Shown here one piece after another: positions 1-14,812 of a stretch of DNA of 64,000 bases (position 1 is the stretch's first letter; each line of letters begins with the position of its first letter). Position numbers and translations under genes: made by a program. The stretch covers positions 79,546,001 through 79,610,000 of the forward strand of contig NC_043000.1 in assembly GCF_006345805.1 (NCBI RefSeq), in the 5' to 3' direction. Below the pieces are notes generated by a model that saw only the letters and a program-made list of their open reading frames with translations, was not told where the DNA came from and made no database searches. Origin of the DNA: Octopus sinensis. Lineage: Eukaryota.

Positions 1-1722
1 TTTTTTCTTCTATTTATCTTTTCGACTTTATGAAGTCAATATTTTCTTTGTTGACATCCACCTCAGTTAATTTTGCTTTTCTCCCAGTTCTGTGCTTTCT
101 AGAAGAAAAGCCCTCACATAACTGAGATGCAATGTCAACCTGAAATTTCAAGTGGCTTTTTACATATACAATATATGAATTAACTATAGTTAAATTAACT
201 AAAAATGCACCTCCACCATTTCTTCCCAGGTTGACCAACTGGGTAATATGTCCGATATTGGTCATATTTATCAACCATACCCATATATTTGTCATAACAA
301 ATATTCACTAGGGGTTTCCTTTCTACACCAACACCAGGTTGTTCATTAGTAGACAGAAATAAAATCTGTCTTTTGTCTTAGAAAGCAGTAGCAAATAAAT
401 TTTCCTTTTGCATTTGTAAAATGTCCCCTCTTTTTTTAAATTTTGTTTTCATTTCATGGGGTAAACCTTTACAGTTGCTCATAACAGTACTGCATGTTTA
501 AGCACTTACACGGGCAAGATTTTCTGCCAAAGCCACTAAAAAAAGGAAAGAAAAAATGGTCAAAATAGGTGTTGGTGCTGATGGTGAAATGGTTCAGTAA
601 GAGACCATACTACATGTCCCAGTCCATATGGTCTGTTTCCATTATATCTTTTACCTGTGTAAACATTGAAGTTTACACAATATCCAGTAATCTGATTCAT
701 AAACTTCCCATACCTTGATCCCCCATTTAGTGGGTTTGGCAGGCATGTACTGCTGAAAATGTACTCTGCCCTTATAGCTTATCATGGCTTCATCTACAGT
801 GAGATTTTTCCCAGGTAGATACACAGTTTTGTAACTATTAAGGAGTAAATCAATTACAGGAAGTACTTTGTACAGGGGATCGTAGTGTGATTTGTTTTTG
901 CTGGGGGCATTAGCAGAATCAGTTAAATGTAAATACTGAGATATTTTCGAACACCTTGTCTTCAACATTATACTTGAGATATACGGATCACCAGACCTTA
1001 TATCAGGACTCCAGTAGTTACACAGTCAAGGAAGCTATTTAACACCAATTCTCATTTCTGCAGTATAAGTTAGCTGTAATAGTGAATTGTTTCTTCTGCA
1101 AATAGAAATTATATGTTGCACATATTTGTTTGTTACCTCCGTAACATTTTCAAAAAAACTTTCTGGTAAAGATAAAAATAGATAGTCCAATGGTTGAGCA
1201 TCAGGAGGAAAATTGTGTTGTGAACTAGTATTTTCTGTGAAATCAGGAATAGTGATTGGTGTTGTAATCTTTGATCATGTTTACGATATCATTTTCATCG
1301 CTTTCATTTTTATCACTTTCATTCTCAAAATCTTCCTCATTCAACAAATATTCACTAATATCAATCTCAAATTCATCCAAAGACAAAATATTCTTGTTTT
1401 CATTTATATTTTCTATATCATCAAGTGTAAAACCTTCAAAGTCAGAATCGCTACTTGCTGACACTATTTCATTGAAACTAAGGTAGAGATTTCTCTTCAA
1501 ATGTTGAAAAAAAATACCATGTGGTCTAAACAATTTCACAGAATTTATACTTGAATAAAGGCGGGAAAGCCTTCATCTCACATTATCTCAGAGCTACGAG
1601 AATTCAATAAAGTGATTTGTTTATTTTTTTAGCAATTTTGTAGAGCAGTCGGATACAGCCAGATTTGGCCAGTTTGAACAAATGAAGGGGAATTAATTTT
1701 GGCTGGTTCGAATACTAAAGGG
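1..1722 (-). mobile_element. Degenerate piggyBac (PGBD4-like) transposon, running off the window start
   Basis: ORF 651-968 reads YLHL...DPLYKVLPVIDLL...LTVDEAMISYKGRVHFQQYMPAKPTKWGIK. ORF 1243-1539 is the acidic N-terminus (SSDSDFEGF). The minus-strand terminus CCCTTTAG lies next to TTAA at 1723-1726. Multiple stops and frameshifts. Confidence 0.87.
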
Positions 1723-2769
1723 TTAAAGGTAGCTGAGGACACAAGTAATGATCTAAGATATTATTAGCTTTGAAATACATATTAATAGTACAATGCCACA
1801 CAAATCTTTTAATTCATGGGATATATATGTCCACCACCATGCCTGATATAAATCAATAGGAAGCTCAGTCTATACCTGTCAAGTTTTATAACCTGCATAT
1901 ATTGGGCAATACTTGACACTCCATGTTTCAGCTTTCCTGCAAGTTAGCATTACACATCCAGAAAATCTATTTTAGCTTAGTCCCTTCAACCAATATTAAT
2001 GTGACTGTTGATTATCTGTAGTCAGTTCTGTTAGAGAAGGCAGAGCTAAAATGTGGCAGGTCAAAGAATCGTTAGATTGGTACTCTAGCTATGGAAATGT
2101 TGCTTTTATTATTGGCAAACTCTCATAATATTTAAGGATTAAACATATGTTCTTCATTTCAGTGACAAGCAAGTTTATTGATAAGTTTACTGGAAGATTT
2201 TAAAAGGAGTGATGTGGGAGTTATTGAAGGGAAATTCAACTGCAACAATGAGCAAATCGAGTAACTATGCTGAAGTTCACATTGTAAGCTTGACTCAATA
2301 TTGAAAAAAAAAAAAAAAAAAGACAGAGCTCACCAATCATTTCTGCAATCAATATATTGGACAAACTAACAAGGCTGCTCTAGTTACTAGAAATAGGAAC
2401 CAAATTGCTGTCAAATCACAGCCTGATATCTTAAATATTCTCAATACATTGCTTCAATGAAAGACAATCATGATTGGAACAAAGCTGTTTGGCAAGTGGA
2501 AATAACAATAAAAACACCAAGACACAATATTGTAGAAATGATTAACAAGTACCAAAGAGTAAGAGGTGAGTTTCAGTGAGTTGTGTCTTCAACATATCAT
2601 TTCACAGTTGCAAATCAAGTGATTATGTACAGGCTGCCTACAGTGGTCATCTGTTAACTGTGCTGATATAGTATATCCACTGACTGGATAAGTAGAGGAC
2701 TACAGAGCACATGTAGTGGTTGACTAAGTGGTGTTGTATTTCAGTCTGGGCGTGATAACTCTCTCCACT

Positions 2770-3048
2770 TAGATCGTTGGGCAATGTGCTGTGCTTGAGA
2801 AGACCTGTTGAGTCAAGTGAAATCGTAGTTATGGCCGATGCTAGTGCTACCAGACAGGCATCTGTGCTGGTGGCATGTAAAAAGCAGCCACTACACTCTT
2901 GGAGTGGTTGGCATTAGGAAGGGCAACCAGCTGTAGAAACCTTGCCAATTCAGATTGAAGCCTAGTGCATCCTCCTGGGTTGCTAGTCCTCAAACTGTCC
3001 AACTCATGCCAGCATGGAAAGCAGACATTAAATGATAATGATGATGAG
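2770..3048 (+). mobile_element. 3' UTR/tail fragment of the RTE-type LINE family
   Basis: Reverse complement of the 3' end of the RTE copy at 61544-61730 (CACTACACTCT..GAGTGGTTGGC..TAGGAAGGGCA.CCAGCTGTAGAAAC). Ends in (TGA)n. Confidence 0.6.
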
Positions 3049-3122
3049 AGCTTGTGGTTGCTACAAGTCTATGTCATACTTCTTCATCTCATTTCAAGTA
3101 TAGCCATAGCCATCTATTGATA

Positions 3123-3965
3123 TACAAGGTATCCAAAAGTAACCAGAAACATTTCCTGTGGGAAAAACCTGTTGTAATTCAGGCTTCTGCTGCTAGAAAC
3201 CATTTGATGCAACTTTCAGGTATTGGTCTGCTGATAGGTGTCGTCAGGTGAAGTTGTACTGCCATGTGGTGTCTTTGTTTTGCAGTGCTTCTCCTCCGTT
3301 CGTTGATTTTTGCGATGGCTGAAATGAAGGAACAGCGTGCTTCCATGAAATTGTTTTCTGCTGAGGAAAACGGTAGCCAAAATAGTTGTCATGTTTAAAA
3401 CAGCTTACAAGGATGCTGCCATGAACAAAACAAGTTTGCAAGTGGTTTCCATACTTACGGAATGGTCACTTGTCGCTTGAAGATTAACTTTGTTCAGGAC
3501 AACCATCGATATCCCAAACGAATAAAATTGGAGGACTGTTACTGAACAACTGACAAACTTGTTGATACAACTGATGTGTCCTGGAGCTCCTGCCAACAGA
3601 TTTCAAGTGAGGAATTGTGAAGAGTTGTAGTAAAATTCGTGCCTTGGAAGATCAAAAGCAGTCACAACCGAACATGTGTCATGAACTGAAAGAACAGCTG
3701 GAAGTTCATCTGGACCTTTTTTTGAAGGTCATCACTGGTGATGAAAGCTGATGCTATGGAATTTGCAGATGTGGAAAAGGTGAAGAAAAAACTATGGAGG
3801 CATTAAAAGACATCACTTTGCAAGAGTTCCAGTACTGCTTCGAATAGTGGAAAACATGCCCGGATCAATGCATTGCTTCAAATGGAGAATACTTTGAAGG
3901 CAATAAAAGTATAAACATGTAAAACTATGTGAATAAAATAATATTGCAAAATTCCAGTTACATAA
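3123..3965 (+). mobile_element. Internally deleted mariner transposon relic
   Basis: From ATG 3315: MAEMKEQRASMK...KTAYKDAAMNKT, then KVITGDES*CYG, and the C-terminus W..CPDQCIASNGEYFEG at about 3850-3900. The central DDD region is missing and boundaries are approximate. Confidence 0.75.
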
Positions 3966-6900
3966 ATATGATTAGGCCAACTTTAACATTTAACTAATTT
4001 AACTAATCTGCTGAAAATTTGAGATACTGTGTCTATAAAAGAAATCAAGCTAGCACTTAGTACTGACAGAAAATTTGGAAGGACTATAGAAAATCTTTTG
4101 TTGACTTTTACAGTTTCTTTTTAACTTCAATTTGTACATAGTACCAACATTAACAAACAAGATTTGATCCTTAAGCCACAGTAGGTGAAGTAGCTTCTTT
4201 TAAAAAATTTAAAAAATCTACAGAGGAAGATAATTTAACCTTATACAGTTATGATAAACGTATCAGCTCAGTTAAAAGAATTTAATTGAATCAGCAGCCT
4301 TCATTTATGGAACTTAATCTAAAATATTGATTTTTACGCTCCCTTCTATTGCTGTGTTAGACAAAAACCAGTTATTTAAGCTACTTTTGTATTTGCCCTG
4401 TTAATACTGCCTAGCTCAAATATTCTCCATTGTAAACAACAATATCGCTGAGAGCAAACTGGTTGTCAGTTAACATTGGGATAATTTTACCCTTGGCCAC
4501 AAGCTGCATAACTTTCTAGAATAAATAACTAAGACCTTGAAAGCATAAAAACAAATGCAAACAAGATCCAAAAATCAGCAAAAAAAAAAAAGCTTGGACA
4601 AAAGAAAATCACAAATTTTTTTTTATAAATCTCATGTTGTTTCATAAAGTGGCTCACATGGGAACCTGTGTATTTAATTTTAGGACTTGTCAGGATTTCA
4701 TTAACAGGGAGGGAGGGCATACTTAAATGGTGAAATAAGAATAGTACTATCTAGCTGTAAGAGGTCACAAGTCACTTTCTCTCATAACAGGAACTTGTTA
4801 AATTATTTTCTTTGTTCAAGCAAGTTTCCCTGTATTTGAAACAGGAATAATTAAACATTAGTTATTATAAGACAATCGCCAGTAGCTGACTCTTAAAACA
4901 GAAAAATATATAAATTTATATAGCAATATAAAAATAGGAGTGAAGAATGTGAGAAAGAGGAATGTAAAAAGGGTATAAGATAAATTTAGATAGTGATATC
5001 AAATAGGAATTAATTTTTCAGTAAATGATATACAATCAGAATAACTGACTCAAATTTCAAGATGTGTGTGTGTTTGGGTGTGTATATGTCCATTTTTGAT
5101 GACGGCATGGATTGGTTAGATTGTCATGATCTCAGTCATTTCTTGTAGGGAGCTGCTGCTCTCGGAGACTGTTGTTCACATATACCATTTAGCTTTATTC
5201 TACAGCAGGATACCTTTCCTATTGCCAACCACTTTACAAAATGTACTAAGTGCATTTTGTTGTGACAGCAACATAAGAGGCTAATATGTCCTTAAGACAG
5301 GACTAAAGGGCCATTGCAAATAGTATGCTTTCTCATTTACCAACTACTTTACAGTATGCACTGGGAGTACAAAGGGGGTTTTCTGTTAGGGCACTAACAG
5401 AAGAAGGTAATTGCCTTGTACACAGTAGATGTTAAGAGTAATCACAGTAATCCAAGATGTGGAGACCAAGAAGTGGAATAACTGGGCAAATGTAGAGAAT
5501 ATTCAATAACTTAGGGCATGTACAGTTTCACAGGTAACCGAGGAGATATATTTGGAATGAATTTAATATGAAGGGAGGAACGTGCATCAAAATATATTCA
5601 TAAATGCTGCAAACTTCAAGGGGGGGAAAAAAAGGAATAATTCAGTAAAAAAATGAAAAAAAAAAATGGAATAATGAAGAGTAATGATAAACTGATTAAT
5701 AAGAAGTAATGATACATATTGAAAATAAATTAACTAAAATTACATCAAAAATATTACTGGAACATTGTTTTTTTACTGAATTATATTTTTTTTAATTCAG
5801 TAATAATAAATTTACAATAGGATTATCAGTGTCTCTCTCACACACACAAGCGAGACATTTCAGGTAATTAAATCCCAAAAGATCATTTACTCAAATTCTA
5901 CAAAATTTAATTCTTATCTAGTTAAAATAATCTTATTAATTCTTTAAAATTTCAACATAACTATATTTCAATGTATTTCAACAGAAAAGTTTTCAAAGAA
6001 TGCTTAAAATTTGCGGGGGTGGGACTAGATAATTAATATTAGGCATAAAAAATGTGAATTCTTATTTCATGAAAAAATAGCAGAAAAACCTGCCACTACA
6101 TGGATTTCATTTTTAACACCAGTAAAATCTTTTCTACTTCTATCTGCAATATGTATATTTTTTTTTATCATCTCAAAGTGAAATTACAGTGTACCCCTAC
6201 TTATTTGTGGTCCTGGTTACACACAGAACTGATAATTGTTCATGGAAGCCAGTACATATTTATGGAATCGTAAATATCATCTGCTATTTTTTATGGCTTT
6301 TTACATGGCAATTATATTTTTTCACACTTTTTAAGGCTAAATTATTAATAACAATATACCGTACTTGCTGGCTTACTGGATGCCCCTTCACAGCTGAAGC
6401 TCCCTCTGATTAGAATAGTCACACATCATGTTGCTTGATTTTTTTTAGATACAAGTACACTGTATCATGTATCTCTTATTCTTGCTCTCAGTCAAAGCAT
6501 GCTAAATTAGTATAGTGGACATCTATCTATATTTCACACATGCACACAATCTCTCCCTCTCTTGCTGTACTTCTCCCTCAACAACACCAACCGCTCATTG
6601 TAGTGAAAGTATACACACACACACACACACACACACACCACACACACACACACACACACGCATACATATATGTAGTGTATCACACCAGTATTACTTGGGG
6701 TAGCGATGACAGATCAAAAATATACAACACATGACTGAATGTTAATTTTATACCAGCATTTTTTGTAAATCAATGCTACATTTGGACATACACATAGTTT
6801 ATTTCAACAGGATAATTTTTAAGGCCATGAGCCAACATAGCCTCATGGAAATTAGGTTATTTGCTGGTCCCTCTCTCTCTCTTATTATTTATTATTGTAC

Positions 6901-7149
6901 AGATTACTGTATCTAATCGTAATACAAACTAAATTTTTCAAAACTATGATTATTTTTAATTATCTCTGTTCAATCTCCCATTTGTGGTATGCACATATTA
7001 GGCGTAATGAAGATTTTTATATGGGTTATTTTTTTTTGGAAAAATTGCTTCCAGTAGCTATCTCCAGTATTTTGAGTGCTATGTTTTACGTGGCATGTAA
7101 TTAAAGCCCTAAGATGCCACCCAATCACCCTACACCTTCTAAGGCTTCA

Positions 7150-7965
7150 GGCAGGATATGTTCCAAGAAAGTTATGCTGCAGTAGGTAGCTATTATGTTG
7201 TCAACGAAAGCACCATACATATGCTACATAAAGAAAAACAAAGTGGCAATCAGGACTACCATAGCAATAAGTTTCTGTGAACATGTGAAAAAGTTAACGA
7301 TAGTGAGAAATAAGCACTTTGTCAGGATGGAATCTGCCTTGGCATTGTGGATCAGTGACTGCAAGAAGAACATCTTAAGCAGTAACATAATTTGCGAGAA
7401 AGCACACGGTTTAAAATAGTGTGTTTCCTTGCATGGAGAGATAGCATCAGCCAACAAAGAAGCCACCGAAAAGTACCTCAAGACATTCAGGTAGGTCATC
7501 GAGGACAAGAGATACAAGATGGAACAGGTTTTCAATATTGGTGAGACTGGCTTGTTCTGGAAGAAGATGCCTTCCAGAACATACATCATGAAGGTCAAAG
7601 CCAGAGCCCAAGGATTCAAGGCACAGTAGGACAGAGTGATGCTAATTATGTGTGGCAATGCTACTGGCTTCATAATGAAACCAGGACTTATCTACAAGTC
7701 CACGAATCTGAGTGCCTTCAAAGATAAGAATAAAAACCTGCTGCCTGACCACTGGATGCCCAACCCCAAGGCTTAGATTATCAAGAGTCTAACTCTGAAT
7801 TGGTTCCACCAATGCTTCATCCCTCAAGCCAAAGAATATCTCCAAAATGTCTGCATGAAATTCAAAGTGTTGCTTGTTAAGGATAATGCTGGTGGTCACT
7901 TTTTGGATTTAAATCACGAGGGAGTCCAAGTTGAGTTCCTTTCTGCCAACACCAGCCATTCAAGT
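7150..7965 (+). mobile_element. Tigger/pogo (TIGD1-like) transposase relic
   Basis: Translation VSLHGEIASAN...EQVFNIGETGLFWKKMPSRTYI...DRVMLIMCGNATG...WFHQCFIPQAKEYL...KVLLVKDNAGGH...EFLSANT, with in-frame stops. Confidence 0.85.
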
Positions 7966-9375
7966 TGTTAGTAGTATGGTTGGAGGTGCAATAAAGGATA
8001 CAAAAGCAAGGATACACAAGAGAGAGAAAGGCATCAAATTCTTGAACCATGTTATGAAAGCTAAAGAAAAAATTATAACACAATTGATTAGGAAGAAAAT
8101 TAACCTAGATAACATGCATGAGGCAAAGTAGGTTTGAGAGGATCCCTTAATATTCTTGAGGGTATAACAAAGTTTCTAGAGCTGTTGCAACATTAATATT
8201 CACCCAATACTCTCTGCAAACAGTTACTGTTGAGAAGGTCATCCAACTGCAGAAACCATGCCAAAATGGAATGTATGAACAACTCTGACTCAGCTAAGAG
8301 GCAACTCCGAATAAGAACTGGCTCAGACTGAGATGTCCCATCTAATCAATGCTAGCATGGTAAGCAGATTATAAAATGATGTTAATGCTACAAAGGGCTT
8401 CTGCATAGTTTCTACCCTCTAGATTCCAGGTATAAAGTTATTAGTAGAAGACCCTTCCAAAGTGTGTGTGGTGGGATCAAACCTGAAACTATGTAGTTGC
8501 AAAACAAACATCTTAACCTCTACCTCTCAACCATTGCCTCAATTATTTTCTTTTTCATTTATGTGTGTGTGTGAGAGAGAGAGAGAGAGAAAGAGAGGGA
8601 GAGAGAGTGTGTGTGTGTTTGAAATTAGCTGTAGCTCTGATGTTCCATGTCTTTATAAGCCAATGAACTACTGTGGAAAGCAAGAAAATAATCAAAGCAG
8701 TACATTTAACATTGAAAACTTAGTCAATAAGCAGCATGGTATTACTGATTTTCAGTGAAAATAAAAATAGTTATTTTGTATATTGGCACAAAAACCACAA
8801 ATTAGTAGATATATAGCTTATTGAATGCACTCTCTACTGATAATTAATTTATTGAATTGGGATATAAACATAACAAAATATCACAAAGCAATTACTCTGG
8901 CACTGTACTGCTTACTTTATTCTCCTGACATTTTGACTTATATAAAGTTAGCCTATTGCTGAAAAAAATTGGAAAAAGGAACTGGTGTATATTGAAAGAA
9001 AGAATGAAAAGAAACCCGAACTCAACACACAATTGCTGACAGAAAACTTTTGTTCAGAAATGTTGAGAGGAAGATACTGCCAATACATATTGATTCATAG
9101 AAGTGAGCTAATCTACAATGAGTAACAGGAATTGTTCATAGGAACATTAGACCATAGCCGAGATTATTGCAGTTAACCTTTAGCACATTGCAAGTGCATC
9201 ATGTTACTATATGAGTTTTCTCCCCAGTAGTAACAAGGCAGTAGCAGGGGAAATAATTCAACAGAAAATGAAGAGTCACGTGAGGATTTCTTCTTTCCTA
9301 TATTTCCTTTACAGGGAACACTAATCACATTGGCTTGACAACTATGAAACTTATCTAGCAGAGAAAGAAAAAAAA

Positions 9376-9590
9376 TTACCCAACAGAGGAATATGAAAGT
9401 TATTTAACAGTGGAATCAATTTTACCTGACAGAAGAGTATGAGATTTACCTAACAGAGAAGAGTATGAGATTTACCTGACAGAAGAATATGAGATTTACC
9501 TGAGAGAGAAGTATGAAATTTACAATGAGATTTACTCTGCAGAGGGGTATGAGATTTATCAACAGAGAATTACAAGACTTAGCTAACAGG
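9376..9590. repeat. Minisatellite, about 24-26 bp unit (TTTACCTGACAGAAGAGTATGAGA), about 7-8 degenerate copies
   Basis: Directly visible tandem units starting TTTAC/TTTAT. Confidence 0.7.
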
Positions 9591-9944
9591 TGAGAAGAGA
9601 AGACATATTTAAAAAATAGCAAGGCTACTCTGAATTCTGTAATTTAATCATTTGTCCCAATGCACAACATCCTAATTATTTCTCTTGATCAAAGTCGGAG
9701 CACACATAGTTAAGAACCACTACATTTAGAAGGGAGAACTTTATTTTAGCAGGTGGTGCAATAGAGGGCATCAGAAAGTTATTGGGTGAAAGGATAGTTA
9801 GCCATGTACTGTTATATAACTGTTAATATATTCAACCAGTCACTAATGTGAATGTTGTTTTCCTCTTCCAAATGCTGAACTGACTTCAGAAATTGGCTTA
9901 GCTGTGATGGAACAGTATCACTATTTCATCAATCTTCCATCTCG

Positions 9945-10400
9945 TTCAGGAAGAAGTAAGTAGATAGTGTGGAGAAGTGGATAGGCAAGTTGGGTGGTGA
10001 GCACTAATGAAGATAAAAATGGGAGATAGGCAGCAGGATTGAAGAAAGGAAAAGGAATATGAGGAAGTGGATGCTGTGATAGAAGTGAGAGAAATAAAAG
10101 GAAAAGATGAAATACTTGAAAAATCTAGAAAAAACAGAAAAAGATAAATTAGAGAGCAAAGCAAAAGAGGGTGAAAGAATGTACAAAAAGATAGTTGAGA
10201 AGATAGAGAACATAGAATAAACATTAAAGTAAAAAGAAAAAATAATTGACTAAAACAGAGTGTGCTGAGCTCTAAGTGGAGTGAACAAAAAGAAAACAAA
10301 CCAAAAAAGTAAAGAAAAGAAAGAATGAGGGAGTGAAGTGAAAGATGATCAACTGCCAGTAATAAAAAGGTAAAAAGAAGTGAAATACAGAGCATAAACA
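9945..10400. repeat. Purine-rich (GA/GAA) low-complexity tract
   Basis: Almost all A/G on the + strand; produces spurious F/L/S-rich minus ORFs. Confidence 0.6.
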
Positions 10401-10899
10401 ACACAATGTATGACCAGAATTGTTTTTATTGATATGCCAAGTTGAAATTATGAATGAATGGTTTTCTCCACTTCACACACTACCACATGCATCTTACTTG
10501 TTTTCACACAAACACAAATGGCTTTTTTTAACCTTAAGCAAGACACATTGCATTTTCAAAAGAAGAGGTGTGATGTTAATCTGTCACCCAAAGACATCTG
10601 TGACATATGGCAGCATTGGACTTGTTAAAAACAGCAGTCAAATATTTTTCTAATGAAAAGTATATCTATTTGAATGCATAATAAAAATGTAAAATCACAG
10701 GAGTTGATGAGGAGTATTTCAGTTATTCAATCAAGACAATTATACTCCTAACCCTTTTGTTACTATACCTCTCGTGAAATACACAACCTGTTTAAATCAA
10801 TAACATTCTCCAACACTTTAAATCTCTCTCCCTCTCAATCACCACTTACAAAGATTTTGTAAAGCCATATCTATTGGAAGTTTACTTTTCTCTGACACA

Positions 10900-11580
10900 C
10901 ACCAGTGGTGTCTTCCTTTGAAGAGTTTAGTAGAAGCAGTTGCTCAACATCTGTTCAAACCTATGGGCTTTATACATCTCTCATCTTTTAGATTAGTGAT
11001 TTTACATCAGATTGCACAAAGTGGTGCTGCTAGAGATCTCTCTAAGCCACGCAATCAACTCCAGTGTGCCCCAGGGTTCAATTTTGTTTCCAATACTCTT
11101 CTTCATGTACATCAACTTGCTTGCTGTCACTTCTAATAGCACTTACTTCAAGACATATGATAATACCTTTTATCCGTTTCTAACTTTCTGCACTCATGCA
11201 TCAGCAATATGCAAATGAGTTATTTCAAACCAAATCTGTAATGACTCCATAAACACAGATCTCAAAAACATTCTATTGTGTCACACCAATATTGACTCTT
11301 TCAACAAATAAAAGCACATCAAGAAAACAGTACTATGCCTAATCTTAAATATAAGCAACAACTAGAGCTTTTGTTGTGATTCCTTCACATGTTAGGTATT
11401 TCACTGAGAATCAGCTCCAGTAAATATACATCCTTAACATAGCAAAGATTACAACTTAAATACTGGACTTTCTCATTAGGATCAGAAGATATTTCAGCCA
11501 ACAAGTAATAAATCTCTATAAAGCTTATATAGACCAACAATGGAGTATTGCTTACACAACTGAGATGCTGCCCCATACAC
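10900..11580 (+). mobile_element. Old CR1/L2-like LINE reverse transcriptase fragment
   Basis: ORF 11012-11218 has HAINSSVPQGSILFPILFFMYIN (GVPQGS motif). A decayed LYKAYI.PTMEYC motif lies near 11515-11555. Confidence 0.55.
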
Positions 11581-12639
11581 ATGTACACACATCCTAGATT
11601 GCATCCAGAGATAGGCTATTTTATTGTTTTGCATTAAACCACTTACAAACACACAAACCTTTGACCCACAGATATGTCTTCCCTCTACCTTTTCTACTTC
11701 TGCAACAGTGTATTTGCTCTGTGGAATTGGCTGGATCCAATTCATGTATTCTCATACGTGCATGTATGTGTGTAATATCACGTGTACATATTGTTTTCTA
11801 TGTCAGTATAGAATCAGTGTATCTTCAGGGGAACAACGCACCTAGACAAATTGGGGGACCTTGTATTGTGCTGGATTTTTAGCTAGGTTTCTATGGCAAG
11901 ATATCCTTCTTAATAACTACTTTACACAGTTTATGGGGTGCTTTCTTCATCAAACCGACATTAGGGTTAGGGTTGTCATGTTTTCACAACTTTACTGGAA
12001 GCATTTTTCAGGATACCAATATTAGAGAGGTAGCCATATCCTTGACGTAACAAAAGGGAGCTCACAACTCCACATCACTGTGCATTTATCAACCTCTTCT
12101 CAGAACTAGATGCATAAATGACAATGATGCGACGAAAGACATGAGACAGGAAGAGGAGGAGTGATAGGAATGCCTCATTAGGAAATTGGACAAAACAACT
12201 ATTGTAAAAACCAAAAACCTTTCCTGGTCAAGAATGCACCATACAACATACATTAATGGCGAGTGACTTCAGAGTTAGAGTTACGCAGACACAAAAATGA
12301 AAGACAACAAAGAGAAGGAATATGGTGAGTGGGAATAAGATACTAACAAACTTACTGATAGAGAAAGCAACAGATCAGTCCAGAGGTAATTGAAGAGATG
12401 CTAAAAATATCGTGTAAGGTAAAATACATGATTACCACTAGGACAATTAGTCAAGAGATACAGGAAGGTGTCATATCCAATGACTAGTGGAGCAGTATCA
12501 TTGTAAACCACAACAAAGGAAGATACCTTAGTGAGAAGCAAGTATTGGAAAATTGAACAACTATATCAGGAGGTCATGAAGGTCACAGAGAGAGTCAAAA
12601 CACAAGTTATCTAAAAGTACATAAAACTAAAAGAGATAC

Positions 12640-13170
12640 AGTTTAGCTTCCTGCTTAGAAAAGGCACTGCAAATGCAATCTTCTTAGAGAGGCAACTGCA
12701 TAAAAAATAGCCAGCTCAGAATAAACTGTACTCCGATCTTTCAGTGATTTGGAGAAGGTATTTGACAGGGATCCCAGAGAATAATGAGGAATCTCTGTGT
12801 AAATAAATGGTTTGTGAAGGCTATGCAAGTTATGCACAAAGATGCAGTAAGTGGAGTGAGAGTTAGCATTAATTTCAGTGATTACTTTGGTATGGAGGTG
12901 GGAATTTCTCAAGGCTTAGTCCTCATTCCTCAACTATTCATCATAGTTCTGCAGGTCATCACAAAAGATGTCCATGTGAGCTTCTATGTGCTGATGATTT
13001 AGTTATCATAGCTGAATCTATAGGGGATTTTAGAGAGGAAATTCCAGGTGAGGAAGCTAGGCCTTAAAAAAAGTTATTAGTAAGAAGGAAAGGAGGTAAG
13101 ATCCTAATATCTTCAGGGAAATTGCTTTGCTTCATATGCAAGAAAAGAGTAGGCATAAACTCCATAAGCT
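12640..13170 (+). mobile_element. RTE-clade LINE reverse transcriptase fragment
   Basis: KGTANAIFL.RQL..., DLEKVFDR, VGISQGLVLIPQLFIIVL and a decayed LL(Y)ADDLVII. Confidence 0.75.
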
Positions 13171-14349
13171 GTCAAGCAGTGGAGGGAGGCAAACACAAAG
13201 ACACACACACAAACATATATGTATACAAACATACATACACATATATAAATATATATCTATATCTATGTATATATACACACACATAAGTATATATATATTA
13301 CAGAGACGTACATGCATAGCAAGTGACCTGATCTGAGATTGTATGCTGAAACAAAAACAACTGCAGTGTGGAAGGTGTTTATAAGCCATTTGAAAACACA
13401 CAAAAACTGTTAGGTTCACTTCATCATTTAAATTTAATTTGTCAAAACATTTTCATTGCTTTGCGATATCTCCATACAGATACTGTTGTATCAGGAGAGA
13501 GTCATTCTCTTTTAGTGCTTTATAATTTAACACGCTCACCGGTAAAATTTCCACTCATTTACTTATTTTTTCTAAAACTTTTGTTGCATCTTGCAACTTT
13601 TTCAATAGTTGCTGACTCCATCTGTTATTCAAGATGTGTTTTTTGTTTGTGCGCATGTGTGTGGGTTAGTGTGTGCGCATGCACATGTATGCATGCATAT
13701 AATTGTGTATGCATGTGTGCGTATGTATATATGTATGTGTATGTTTGCATGTATGTATTCTGCATATTCATGTGTTTGTGCATCTCTTTGCGCGTGTGTA
13801 TGGGTTTTTGTGACTATGTACTGTGCGTATGTGTGGACGTGTGTCTCCATATGTATTCTTTCTAGCACCCCTGTATAATCAAACCCTATCTTTCACATCA
13901 TAACCAGAGAATTGCATGCAGTGCATGAAGTTCTGTGCATGATTTTTTGTTTCATAGCGTTTGCATAGTGGGGAAACGTAGTTCATTATCCTAAGTCTGC
14001 TATCAGTATGTCAGTTTTCAAGTTGTGTGACAAAGCTGAGTTCTTGTGAACAAAATATTTCGAAGCTGTTTTTCAGTCTCCAACCAAAGTTCTGTATCAA
14101 GGATGGGGAGTATATTGCTGGGATGCCTAGTGGGCAATATATAGTTATCTTGATACTTTGTTGGATAGAGTTAGCTACTTGCTGGATGCTTTCCATTATA
14201 CTCCTCTCAGTTTATACTAGAGTTGGTCTCAACTAGGATATTTATGTCATCCATATACCTACTGTAAAGTAGAAGAGTTGGGGATTGTTCTGCTAAGGAT
14301 TGCTGTAATGGTCAGCCGGTAATGATATGCATAAGATCTGGTCATCAAA

Positions 14350-14812
14350 TCTAAGTAGAAACTTCAAACTTGAAATCTTCAAAGCCACAGTCTAACCAAT
14401 TCTACTATATGGCTCAGAAACCTGGACGTTATCAAAGAAGCTTGAGAGGCGGTTGGATGGAACCTACACTCGCCTCCTTATGAGAGCTCAAAATCTCTTG
14501 TGGAAGCGTCATCCAACCAAAATGCAAATATATGGGAAACTACCATCTGTGCATTCTCTTGTGAAAGGTAGGAGAGTCCAGTTTGTTGGACATTGTTGTA
14601 GAGCTGAAAACGAGGCAATTTCTACTCTTCTCCTCTGGAAGCCATCTACTCGCAAAACCAGAGGGTGCACACTTTCCTACACTGATGTAATCTCCAGGGA
14701 TACAGGCATCCAGCAACAGGACCTCTGTAATGCTATGATGGACCGTGAAGTCTGGCATAGCATGGTAAATTCCATTGTCTCGACCATGGTCGAATAATGA
14801 TGAATGATGATG
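14350..14812 (+). mobile_element. 5'-truncated RTE/RTEX LINE 3' end
   Basis: YGSETWTLSKKLERRLDGTYTRLLMRAQN...RRVQFVGHC...MMDREVW, with the stop followed by a (TGA)n tail. Confidence 0.85.

Noticed and set aside
2457-2566. Short open frame ending at a strong AG|GTGAGT donor
   Set aside because: The peptide has no resemblance to BARD1 or any family I recognise, and the phase (1) does not fit the phase-0 exon at 44476.
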